From Octopus vulgaris (lineage: Eukaryota), in NCBI GenBank assembly GCA_951406725.2, contig OX597820.1, positions 70,122,001 through 70,186,000 of the forward strand: DNA of 64,000 nt, written 5' to 3'. A program made the position numbers and the translations under genes. Position 1 is the first letter of the stretch. Every line of letters begins with the position of its first letter. The notes under the pieces were generated by a model. That model had not been told where the DNA came from, searched no databases, and was given only the letters and a program-made list of their open reading frames with translations. Shown here one piece after another: positions 1 to 11,754 of this stretch.

Positions 1-80
1 GAATCGAACTCACAACCTCACGTTCGTAAGGTCGACTCTTTAACCAGTGAGCTATGCGCCTTCACATATGTACACATATT

Positions 81-156
<76 letters not shown>

Positions 157-242
157 ACACACACACACACATATATATATATATTGTATAAATATATATA
201 CACGCACACACATAACAAGCAGAAATAGAAAGAGTGTGAGCG

Positions 243-286
<44 letters not shown>

Positions 287-1015
287 CATGTGTATGAAAT
301 TACGGAGAGCCGAGATTCTCTATATTTACGCTCATTATTTTCACAATGTGATTTTGCATAAGTGTTTCTTTGACTGCTTGAATGCAATTTTTAGAAAACT
401 ATTTATGTTTTCATCACCATCAGTAGCAGCAGCTGCTTCAGCAGCATTCAGTAACTTCCCCACCCCACCCCCAACACCACCACCACCATTATCGTCGTCA
501 TCGTCATCGTCATTATCACTATATTTAATTCACTGAAAAAAAAAAAAAACAGCTTTGAAACCTCGTCGTCAATGGAGTTAAGTTTACTCATCATGAAAAC
601 AGTTTATACTTCCGCAAACATTACATAAAGTATGATACTTGAAAACCACTCTTAAAAAATCTTTTACTTCAACTGGCTTAAACGTTTATTCGTCATTCCA
701 TAAATTTGTTTGTTTGTTTGTTTGTTTCTCTCCTTCATATTTCATGATGTGAGTCAATGAGAAGTTTATACATTATATTCGTCTTTTGAGAAAGAAAAGA
801 GCTGTTACGTTCGCATCTTAACCTTTCTCACTCAGCCACACTTTCCAATTTTATAATATTGATCACTCACTTTCTACCTCCTCTCTCTCTTTCTCTTTCT
901 CTTTCTTTCTCACTCTATCTATCTCTCCATACTTCTCTCTCAATGTCTAGCTTTCCTACTTTCTCTTTTCGCCGTCTATCGGTATGCCTATCTGTGCAAT
1001 TATCTCTTTTATCTA

Positions 1016-1758
1016 CACGGTGGGACGGATGTTTCTGAAAAATTCACAAAATCATTAATTTTAGCTGCAAACAGATTGTATTGCCATCAATGTGTTTGTA
1101 TTGAATTAGCATTTGTGAAAAATCAAGTGTGGAAAGCAACATCCATCATGTGGTGTCCGTTTTCATTGATGCATTTCTGAACGCATTCTTGGAAGTTGGC
1201 CTCCAGTCTCCCCAGCATTGCTTTGTAAATAGTCCCATGGTTTCGACTGTTGTCAGTGACTAATTAGTACGGGTGGAAATGCAGGTTTTCATGCAAAATA
1301 CGCCTTACCGATCGATTACCGATGCCAAAATCCAGTGGAATGCCTTCGAGCAGAGCTATTCGGACTCCGTATCAAAGCTTGTCTGAGGCGTTCCACATTT
1401 TCCGGGGTCCGTACCGTTCGTGGCGCACCCACTGGTCTTCTATTCATTAGTGTGCCTCGTTTACGAAGTGCATTCACCCAATATAATAAGATTGTGCTAC
1501 GAGTGGGAACAACCTGATTTCGGTAAATGTTGAAGTGGCGCCAAAACTCACTCTGAACTGCTGTGACAGACTCGTTATTCTTCACGTAACTGTCGTAGGC
1601 AAACACGCGATGCTCTATCGTCCATAGCGCTGTGGCATCACCTGAAAAGAAAAAAATGCTAAGACACCACGGACCGAATGGTACCTGTCGGACATATGTC
1701 CCCGCCATGGAGGCTGAATAGCCATTTGACAAACATTCGTACTCTCTGCCCCACCCTG
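1016..1758 (-). mobile_element. Tc1/mariner-superfamily DNA transposon (DUF4817/HTH-type N-terminus), internally deleted
   Basis: Imperfect TIRs CACGGTGGGACGGA (1016) and TCTGCCCCACCCTG (ends 1758), each flanked by TA. The ORF 1316-1732(-) contains WTIEHRVF..SVTAVQ..F..PTRSTI..WV..G..RP.GAPRTVRTPENVE...SP..SARR, typical of Tc3/maT-like transposase N-termini. A C-terminal remnant (CINENGHH) lies near 1140-1200, and the DDE core is absent. Confidence 0.85.
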
Positions 1759-2045
1759 TATATCCGTATATATATATATATATATACCTAATATAATAAT
1801 TGCAAAGACTAATTTCTGTGTGTCAGTGTGTCACACTTTGACCCCCATCTCTCACTATTCAATGACACTTCCTCATGCTGGGGTGTGAGCAATAGTAGGC
1901 ATAAAGACCGTGGGGGCGGTGTCGAATTCAGAGAGAGAGAGAGAGAGAAAGGTAGAGAAAGAGAGACAAAGAAATTTGGGGAGAGTTGATGATGTTTTAT
2001 TAAAAGTAGTAGTGTTGATGGTGGCAATGGAAGTAATACTAATAT

Positions 2046-2091
<46 letters not shown>

Positions 2092-2264
2092 CAGAGAGAG
2101 AAAGAGGGAGATGATGTACAACTTTCTTGGACAGAAATTCCTGTGGCCAGCATACTGAACCAACTACTGAACCTATCATTTTTGTTTTATTTTTTGCTTT
2201 TTTTAATACATATATGTGTTTTTAATACATTTTAATTGAAACAGTTTCCCCAAAATTAAACATA

Positions 2265-2631
2265 TCTAATATAATAAATGTGAATGTCAGTGTGTCAGTG
2301 TATCACACTTCTTCAACATTACTCCTAGAGGCCGTAGCCCAACATATACCATTTTGAAACCAGGCTGACTCCGTGAGTTAATTAAAATTTTCCGACCCTA
2401 TTTTAGATTCCTATGTTTTCATTACTGCGATTATTTTCGACAATTTCTTTTATATGATTTTCAGCGACGAATATGATCAACATTGGGATATGACTCTGGA
2501 GGAAGCAATTGCAACAAATTCTGTTTGCAGATCTTCCCATTCGGGGTTAGTTGCATAAAAGCTACATAGTAGCTTAAAAGCCGCACGACAGGGCGGCTTT
2601 TAAGCTATTATATATGGGTTTATAAGCCCTA

Positions 2632-2632
<1 letters not shown>
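2265..2632 (+). mobile_element. Non-autonomous Helitron
   Basis: 5' end A|TCTAATATAATAAATG. Subterminal hairpin TAGCTTAAAAGCCGC-N8-GCGGCTTTTAAGCTA at 2570-2607. 3' end CTAG|T at 2629-2632. A second, similar 5' end occurs at about 1788. Confidence 0.75.
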
Positions 2633-2679
<47 letters not shown>

Positions 2680-2789
2680 ACCACGTGACCGACCAGACCA
2701 TCAGATGTTGTTACACATCGCTGGTCACAATGCGTTCGCATTGTTTTAGCCTTCGAATGACGCCACCCCGCTGGCTAAGCGAGCAGGCC

Positions 2790-2957
2790 AACAGAAGAAA
2801 GAGTGGGAGAAAGAGTACAGCAGGGATCACCACCCCCTGCCGGAACCTCGTGGAGCTTTTAGGTGTTTTCGCTCAATAAACACACACAACGCCCGGTCTG
2901 GGAATCGAAACCGCGATCCTCAGACCGCGAGTCCGCTGCCCTAACCACTAGGCCACT
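2790..2957 (-). mobile_element. tRNA-derived SINE, family C (GGAGGCGCAATGGCCCAGTGGTTAGGGCAGCGGACTCG head)
   Basis: A/B-box head on the minus strand. Similar copies at about 15861-16145(+), 17472-17655(+), 25370-25682(-), 48702-49000(+) and 50600-50804(-). Confidence 0.8.
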
Positions 2958-3093
2958 AGAATATAAACATTCTTTGCAGAGAACGGTTATAGTTTAGAAA
3001 AACTGAAGAAAAGTCTATTTCACGCTAGATATGAAACCAATTTTTTTCTAAACCATTACGTTACACACACACACACACACACGCACACACACA

Positions 3094-3144
<51 letters not shown>

Positions 3145-3148
<4 letters not shown>

Positions 3149-3532
3149 GGTAAAAAAATTCAAGGCAGAAAATGCTAAAATAATTTTATAAAAAACATTT
3201 CAGTACCGGTTTTAGTCATTGAGACTTCTTTAACTGTAAACATGGAAAACAATTAAATTTTGGAAAAGTTGAAAGAAATGTTTTTAAAAGAATATTCGTA
3301 TAGTATTCAAATACAAGGGGCATTTTCCTTGTTTCTGCCTGTCTCTACCTCTCTCGTTTAGTCTTGTATTTGAATAGTATGCAAATATTCTTTTAAAAAA
3401 CTTTTCATTAAATTTTTCAAAAATGTAATTGTTTTCTATGCATACAGTTGAAGAAATCTCAATGACTGAAACCGGTACTGAAATGTTTTTTATAAAATTA
3501 TTTTAGCATTTTCTATCTTGACTTTTTTCCAT
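3145..3532. repeat. Long imperfect inverted repeat (about 170-bp arms) with a hammerhead-like motif; PLE pLTR-derived
   Basis: 3145-3317 is the reverse complement of 3363-3532. The motif CAG-TTGAAGA-AATC-TCAAT-GACT-GAAA-CCGG-TA-CTG is at 3445-3480. Confidence 0.8.
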
Positions 3533-3569
3533 ATATATATATATCAACACGTGTGTTCCTCTTCAGCCT

Positions 3570-3606
<37 letters not shown>

Positions 3607-3739
3607 CGACCGCGCGCACGCACACACACACACATATATATATATATATAATATCTATCTATCAGTAATGTACTTACTGGAAACAGCTGTAAGCCAAATT
3701 TGCTCTAATAAAGGCAAAATATGTAACGTATAAATTTAC

Positions 3740-5445
3740 AATAATTACATGGGACGGATAGGTGTCCTCACCTTGTTTGGTGTTACCACAAATTTTCAGC
3801 CTTAACCAGGTGTCCTGGTGAAATTTCGAACCCAATCTTTTATTTGACTACTGGAGTATTCTGTTCTCCTTCCTAAGGTATTTTTGGCTGATTTTATTAT
3901 TATTGATAATTTCTTCGCGGTAGGTATCAGGATTGCACTGAGCAATCCCTCTCTTTATACTCTATGGATTGTGGGAATTGAAGTTGAGGTATCGTCCAGT
4001 GAAGGAATTGAACCCAGAATCTTGGGACATTTAACCACTACGCTATATTCCCATAGGAAATTATACAGTGAATTTTAGGGTTTATAAATCTATTATTTTT
4101 TTGTATCCTTCCTTTATACCGGTTCCCATATTCTACTCATATCCGCACTAAAGCTGTAAGGTAGTTATTGTGTCCTAGCATATGTGCTGCCTCTTTTAGT
4201 TTTCCTATTTTCCAGTGGTGTTCTCTGTCTTTTATCCCACAGAGGGAGGTGGTGTCCGTTTTTCCATACATGATCAGCTATACCCGATTTTTCAATATTC
4301 CCCCATGTCACAACTTTGCGATGTTCCTCTACCTTTATTTTGAGGGGTCAGTATGTTTCGCCTTTGTATAACCTACCACAACTGCATGGGATGGAGCACT
4401 CACAATGTTTCGTCATATTCTCTTCTATTGGTGGCTTTACTCGGAGAGATATTTGCTCTTGAATACTGTCCATATGTCATGTAAACCGCATACCTTTTGT
4501 ATCTTTTCCGAGAGGCCTTTCACATAGGCTAGACAGACTTTCACATAGGGTAAGTTTATGGGTTTCATACTCTCTCTCTCCTCTTTCTAATTGGACTGGA
4601 TAGTATGTTTTTTGAGTAGTTGCTGCTAAATAGATTGTTACTTAGCTTGATCATTTCTTCGTGGTGTGTATCAGGACCGCTATGTATATTCGATGTTTTA
4701 GGCACTGAGCAATCCCTCTCTTTATACTGTGTTGATGGTGAGAACTGAAGTTGAGGTATCGTCCAGTGAAAGTTGGCTCGCACTATACAGATGTCCTGAA
4801 CCCATACTCAGTACGTGTTATTAATACATCCAGGAATGCTAGCTGATTGTCCGTTTCCTTTTTCATTGTGAACTGTATGGCTGGTTTTATCGAGTTCACA
4901 CGATCCAGCAGTACTTGGACATCTTACTGGTGGGGCAGAGTATAAAGGTGACATCTACATATCGAAGCCATAGGGTTAGCTTTAGTGGCGTTGACACTAA
5001 AGCAAAATTTTCAAAGTATTCCATGTATATATTGGCTATTATTGGTGATAATGGTAAACTCATAGCTAAACCCTCTCTATGTTGATATATATCAGTGTCT
5101 ATTCTGAAGTAAGTAGTCTCTACGTAGAAGGTCAACATTTCCATCAAGTCTCCATCAAGAAAACTAAAAGAAGCAGTACATATGCTAGGACACGATAACC
5201 TTCTAGGCAGAACTAGTGCAGTTATGAGTAGAATAGGGGAACCGGTATCAAGGAAAGATACAAAAATAAATGGTTTATAAGCCTTAAAATTCACTCTGTA
5301 ATTGTCCACAGGTATATAGCGTAGTGGTTAAGAGCGTGAGCTACTGGCCCTAAGATACCGGGTTCAATCCCGGTCAGTGACGCCAATAAAAAGCAACAGC
5401 AAAAATTACTTTAGGACTGAGAAAAGAGTACCCTATTAGTCAAAT
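3740..5445 (-). mobile_element. Degenerate Penelope-like retroelement (RT + GIY-YIG) with an inverted copy of its 3' end at the 5' junction
   Basis: Minus-strand RT motifs GLAMSLPLSPIIANIYMEYFE, WLRYVD and IQFTMKKETDNQLAFLDV (4800-5150). GIY-YIG C-terminal half (YKGET, EEHRK, SGIADHVW) at about 4170-4450. 5159-5445 is an inverted copy of about 3842-4204. Confidence 0.85.
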
Positions 5446-6016
5446 GTTTTTTATATATTTCTCAGAAGTTATATATTTGAATGTTTATATAATTATCATT
5501 TATTTTATATTCAAGTTCTTAACTAATGTATATATGAAAATCAACAGCAAAAAGATCCATTATGGTAGAATCTGAGAAGTATAACGTGCCAATAGATACC
5601 TTTTCTTTTCTCTCCATTCTGTAGAAGAGCGTTGGCTCGGAAAGTTAAAAGCTACCATTTTTCCCGAGTGTTAAATTTATACACCCTCTTAGTTGCTCAA
5701 TCACATGTATCTGTTTTTTGTTTTGTATATTTTTGAACCGTATAATGTATGTATATGCAGATATATGCATGCGTATAGGTGTGCGCGCGCGCGTGACGTT
5801 ATTACTGAGCTGAATTAGAAAAATATATGATTTTTATTGAAAATCTGAATATCTAAAATATCTAAAAATACAAAAAAAAAAACTGGTTATTAAATATTGC
5901 TTTAGTTTGTGTCATTTAAGTAATCTTGTTAGTGTGATAGTTCTGTTAATTTTTTGTTCTTCTTTTCTTTCAGCAACTCATGCTAGGATGGTATCGCACA
6001 GAATTGTTCAAGTGTC

Positions 6017-7953
6017 ATGAATCGCTACACACGATTTACGATACGGAAAAGATTATTTGTTATCGTACTTTGCCTAACTCTACCGTGGTACTACATATCC
6101 AGCTATCTCCAAAACTTCGACAAATATGAATCAGCAACGGGCCAATGTGTCTTGCCGAACATCGACCCGTTTGATGAATCCATAAAACAATTCATCCGTA
6201 AACTCAGTCCGTTACAATGTTCTAAGAACAACGATTTCAGTTACCTTGACAACAAAGGTCGAGTACATTTGAATTGGACAGCTGGTCGTCTTCTTGGATT
6301 TCACCGAAATCAGACATACTGTGTGTACAATGTTATCAACAGATACGATGATGATGATCATATCCTATACCAACCTGCCCGGACAGTGGTTTTTCCCATG
6401 GACATACCTTCTGACTTCTTCCGTATTACATGCGCGGATGAATCTGGTTCCTCTTACAGCAATCTACACGCTCATATTTTCCCTACAAATATCACAAATG
6501 AAAAAGTTAAAAAAAGGTCAAACCCTCGGAAACAGTATAATGTTTTTATATTTGGGGTCGATTCTGTCTCCAGGTTAAACTGTTTGAGGATGCTTCCGAA
6601 AACCTATAAGTATCTCACCCAAGAACTAGGGGCGTTTGATTTTCAAGGTTACACCAAAGTTGGAGATAACACTTTCCCGAACATGGTGCCATTACTCACA
6701 GGGATGCATCCTTATGAAGAGTCGTCGAAATTACCGTATGTAGATCCCTCATATCATTTTTATGATTCTTACCCTTTGTTATGGAAGAACTTTTCCGATG
6801 CCGGTTACATCACGATGTTTGCAGAGGACGAACCGTTACTGGGTATTTTTAACTATTTATCAAAAGGTTTTAACCAGCAACCAACTGATCATTATATGCG
6901 ACCGTTTTGGCTTGCTTTGGATGACACTCACCCTAGCAATAAGTTTATCAGTCCCTTCTTGTTAATGCTGGAGAATCATGAAGTCCAGCTTAGTAAGTCT
7001 TCGACCCTTTGCTTCGGAAATATTCCCAAACATGTTGTCTTGATGAATTATTATAAATATTTCACAATGAAATACAAAAAAAACACCCCGGTTTGGATAT
7101 TCCTGGTTAACAGAACTTGGTCATAGTCATTTAAACATTGTACAGTTGGCTGACAACGATTTTGTTAATTTCCTAAAATCCTTTAAAGGATAATGGTCAA
7201 CTAGATAACAGTTTTTTGATTTTTATGAGTGATCATGGACACAGGTTCGATTCTATACGCCATACGTTAATTGGACGCATTGAAGAAAGAATGCCGCTTT
7301 TTTTAATGACAATACCCAAAGGTTTCAAAAGAGACTATCCAAGCGCAGCAGCTAATCTGCTCGCTAATACTAAAAGACTTACAAGTCCGTATGATCTCCA
7401 TCAAACGTTGAAGGATATTCTGTCAACTGATTACGAAAATAACAATGCAAAGAGATTAGCATCGACAAAAGGAGTGAGTTTATTTAGCAGAATCAGTAAG
7501 CAAAGGAGTTGTGCAGATGCTGGCATTAGTGAAAACTACTGTCCATGTTATAAAATAAAACCTTTAAACACAACAGAAAATAATGTGAGTCGCTCTATAG
7601 CCAAGTTTATTCTTGACAAAATTAATTCTCTTCTCCAACCCTGGAGAGGCATATGTAGCAATTTAAAACTGAACAGTATTAAAAGCAGCGATAAAATTGT
7701 CCCTCATGCAAGTCTAAGAGAAGAAAATGGTTTCTTTGCGTCTTTATTGAAACACCAGGAACCGGAAGAGGGTACTTACACTGTTGTTGTTGAAACAGTC
7801 CCTGGTTTATCTTTGTTTGAAGCCTCAGTGAACTACAAAAGCAACACTGATATTAGTCTCTATGGAGAAATAAGCCGAATCAACCGATACGGTAACCAAT
7901 CAGATTGTATAAGGAACAAACGGATGAAACTATATTGCTATTGTATCGCGTAA
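6017..7953 (+). CDS. DUF229-family (alkaline phosphatase/sulfatase superfamily) type II membrane protein, about 644 aa when repaired; two apparent +1 frameshifts
   Basis: N-terminal TM (LFVIVLCLTLPWYYI), C-x-LP..DPFD, IFGVDSVSR, RMLPKT, GYTKVGDNTFPN, GY.TMFAED, PTDHY.RPF, FMSDHGHRF, GRIEERMP, N..RLTSPYDLHQTL, RSC.DAGI...YC.C, C-terminal RINRYG.QS.C..LYCYC. Removing one A at 7076-7083 and one at 7185-7187 gives a continuous frame (..KTPRFGYSWLTELGH..LADNDFVNFLKSFKDNGQLDNSFLIFMSDHG). Splice acceptor ttttctttcag ends at 5973. Confidence 0.9.
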
Positions 7954-8235
7954 AAACGGTCTTGAAGACTAGCAGCATTGTGCATGCGTAATAACATACT
8001 TCACCACATACTGACACGACACTTCTCTTTCACCTACCACGTAATTTTATTTATATTTATATATAGAAAAAAAAAAGACTAAAAATAGAACCGATTGAAA
8101 GCAAAACAGTATTATATACACACACACATACATGTACACTTCGTTTTTGTATTTGGTTTACAAGGTTCTGTATGAGAACTCGTGCATTGAAACGAATCTT
8201 GTTGCATCTTGGGAAGGTCATTATGAAAATAAATA

Positions 8236-8632
8236 CAGGCTCAAGCGTGGCTGTGCGGCAAGAAGCTTGCTTCCAAACTACATGGTTCCGGGTTCAGTCC
8301 CACTGCATGGCAACTTGGGCAAGTGTCTTCTACTATAGCCTCAGGCCGACCAAAGCCTTGTGAGTGGATTAGGTAGATGGAAACTGAAAGACGCCCGTCG
8401 TATATGTATGTGTGTATGTATTTGTGCGTCTGTGTTTGTACCCTCACCATCGCTTAACAACCGATGTCGGTGTGCTTACGTCCCGTAACTTAGTGGTTCG
8501 GCAAAAGAGACCGATAGAATAAGTACTAGGCTTACAAAGTCCTGGGGTCGATTTGTTCGACTAAAGGCGGTGCTCCAGCATGGCCTCAGTCAAACGACTG
8601 AAACAAGTAAGAGAATAAAAGATTAAAAGAAT
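8236..8632 (+). mobile_element. tRNA-derived SINE, family B (GTGGCTGTGTGGTAAG..GGTTCAGTCCC..TTGGGCAAGTG), with 3' tail
   Basis: A/B-box head, CORE-like segment, internal microsatellite and tail. Other copies at about 9115-9275(+), 30480-30947(-), 39000-39290(-), 42945-43100(-), 51270-51435(+), 52805-52970(-) and 62750-62910(-). Confidence 0.8.
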
Positions 8633-9278
8633 AGGCACTGGCTTAGTTTCGCTTCTTTCTGTTAATCAACCAATTGACTAACAATAAAGAAGTAGAATTG
8701 TGACCGTGCATGCTTTTGGTATTATTGGCGTAATGACCTTCCCAAGGTACACCATATCTCCCAAGATACACGATGTGCATGTATGTGTGTGTGTGTATGT
8801 ATGTGTGTGTGTGTGTAGTGGAAGCCGCTTATTATAATAACGGGTAATGTTTCCATTCAAAGTTACTGCCTCCCAAACACGCTCAGGATAATGTTTAATT
8901 TGGCCAGTATGCTATTGTTATCTAAATGGCTCCGTCCCACAGTGATCATAATAAGCGGATTCCAATACATATATTTATGCCTGTGTGTATGTGCTTGTGC
9001 GTGCTTGTGTATACGACCACTTGTAAATAGTGTGAATAAAATCTAAATATTTTACTATTCCAGTTGTTTCTGTTTTCTGTGATGACACTAATTGCTTTTT
9101 TATCATTATGCAGATATAGACATGGTTGTATGGTTATGAAGCTCGTTTTGCAGTCACGTAGGTTCGAGTTCAGTCTCACTGCGCAGCACTTTGGGCAAAT
9201 TTCTTCTACTCTAATTCTGGGTCGACTAACACATGAATTTGGCTGACGGAAATTGTATGAAAGCGCCCGTCGTATACA

Positions 9279-9310
<32 letters not shown>

Positions 9311-9372
9311 CATATATAGATATACATATATATATATACATATATATATATAGATATACATATATATATATT

Positions 9373-9424
<52 letters not shown>

Positions 9425-9576
9425 TACATAACTTTATGGGTTCAAGTCCCATGCGTACGGCAAACCCTATCTTTTTCCGTCGAGGGCTTATATCCCCAGC
9501 ATTAGACTATTTACCGTAGTCAATGTACGGTGATCGCTTATATATATGTATGCACATATATATATATATATGTATA

Positions 9577-9619
<43 letters not shown>

Positions 9620-10209
9620 GAGAGAGAGAGAGAGAGAGAGAGATTAGAGAGAAGACATAACCAACGAGCGAAAAATACTACACTGTATCAACGAGAATGC
9701 AATAAAAATCAATATGAGTTTAACCGCTCCTCAGTTGTCGACTGTTATATTACTCCATGTTTCGTGCTTTTAACAACAAGAGACAAAAACTTCATAAGAT
9801 GGCAGCATCCAGAAATTTTTGAAATAGAAAATTTGTGGAGGGTGAGGGCTTCGAACGAACAAACGACGCCAGAATGGACGTACAGAAGTAAACAATCGAT
9901 GGGGACAGACATTTAGGGCCGTTAAGCCAATACGAATTGTAATGGGTAACGCCTGGGGAGAAATTTTGAAAGGATATAGAATAAATAGCAGAAGAGACAA
10001 AAAAATCGAGAAGCGAGAACAGTAAGCCTTCGCCCTATCACGGTTCATATATCGCGGTTTATTATTTAAGCTTACATCGATTCCTTCGTGGTGTTGTTTT
10101 TGCATTTATAATAAAATGAATATATACAAATTACAAAAATAGTAAAAGAAAAATATACAGTATAGTACTGTTTCTACTTTGCGGATTTTCCCCTATCGCA
10201 TATATATAT

Positions 10210-10282
<73 letters not shown>

Positions 10283-11717
10283 TTTGTGTCTATTTGAATC
10301 TACATGTTATCTACCTGTATCAAGAGAATGCAATAAAAACAATATGACTTTGGGAAGCTCCAAGTGATCCAGTAGTATTTTCAAAGCCACTTACCTGATG
10401 TTGTGCGGGTTCACACTTATTGTTGGATCATGTTTGTATAATATATATATATATAATATGTATGTTATGGAAAACTCAGCAAATGAAAGGTGTTACTAAT
10501 GCACAGAAACCGTTGTTGTGGTTTGAAACCAAGCTTATTCATGCCATCTTTCTCTGATATAATCTCATAACGTAAAGCGGCAGATGAAATGTCGCTCAGC
10601 ATTTTCGTCCGGAGTGCTGATTTCTGCCAGCTCACCACCTTGACGTATATATTATAAAACGTAATGCATAAGTACAAAAGATTTAAAATGGGCTGAACAA
10701 TATTGGTTTCTAATTGTGGCAGAAGGCCAGCAATTTCGGGGAGTGGGGTTAAGTCGATTACATCAACCCTCAATGTTGAAATGGTATATATTTTATCGAC
10801 CGGAAAGGATGAAATGTTTCCCCGAAAGGATAAAAGACAAAGTTGACCTGAGCGGCATTTGAACTCAGAACGTAAAGACGGGCGAAATGTCGCTCAGCAT
10901 TTTGCCGGAGTGCTGATGCTTCTGCCAGCTCACCACCTTACGTATATATTATAATATATTGCAGATGCAAAAGTACTATAAATTTGCTGAAAAACAGTGT
11001 CTAATTAAATTGTAGGGTGAGAATATTTGTAGCTTGTCGTCATTATTGTGTGTGTGTGTCCGCTTCCTGTATTGACATCTGATTTTGTTTTGTTTACGTT
11101 CTCGTGACGTAGTGGTTCGGCAAAAGAAAACAATAGAATAAATACAAAACTTCAAAATATGTATTGTGGTCGATTTCTTCGACGAAACACTTCAAGGTGC
11201 TTCTCCAGCATGGTTGTAGCCCAATGTCTTAAACAGATGAAAGAAGATATATATAAAAAAGGAAGGTTTACTTGGATCGGAAGAAGTTAGCTGTATCCAT
11301 GGCCTTCGAACGCTTCTTAATTTTCCGGTGTGGTTAAGTCTCCTATTGCAAATTAATTGTGACCGACGTTAAGTTCTGTGTAAGCAGAACTAAGGCTCAC
11401 GGTAATCTCCCTTTTATCCAAAAAGCTATATTTTATGTTTTGCTATGTTTCTCTCACTGGACTGCAGCCATGCTGGGGCACTGCCTTGAAGTGATTTGGG
11501 GGCGAAGAAACCAGCCCCAGTACTTATTCAAAAAGTGGCAGCATATTGAAATATCTTTAAAGGTTAAAATTATAAACAACTTATAAACAAGGGCAAAAGA
11601 AAAGATTATTTCCATGCCAATATGCTGATAACAGATTGAAATCGTCAATTTCCACATATCATTATACACTCACTATAAATACCCTCACACTCACACACAC
11701 ACGCATACACACACATA

Positions 11718-11754
<37 letters not shown>

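Noticed and set aside
5311-5385. Possible tRNA gene (also 35977-36051 and the SINE heads)
   Set aside because: A/B boxes are present but I cannot build a proper acceptor or anticodon stem, and the sequences are embedded in repeats. Treated as tRNA-derived.
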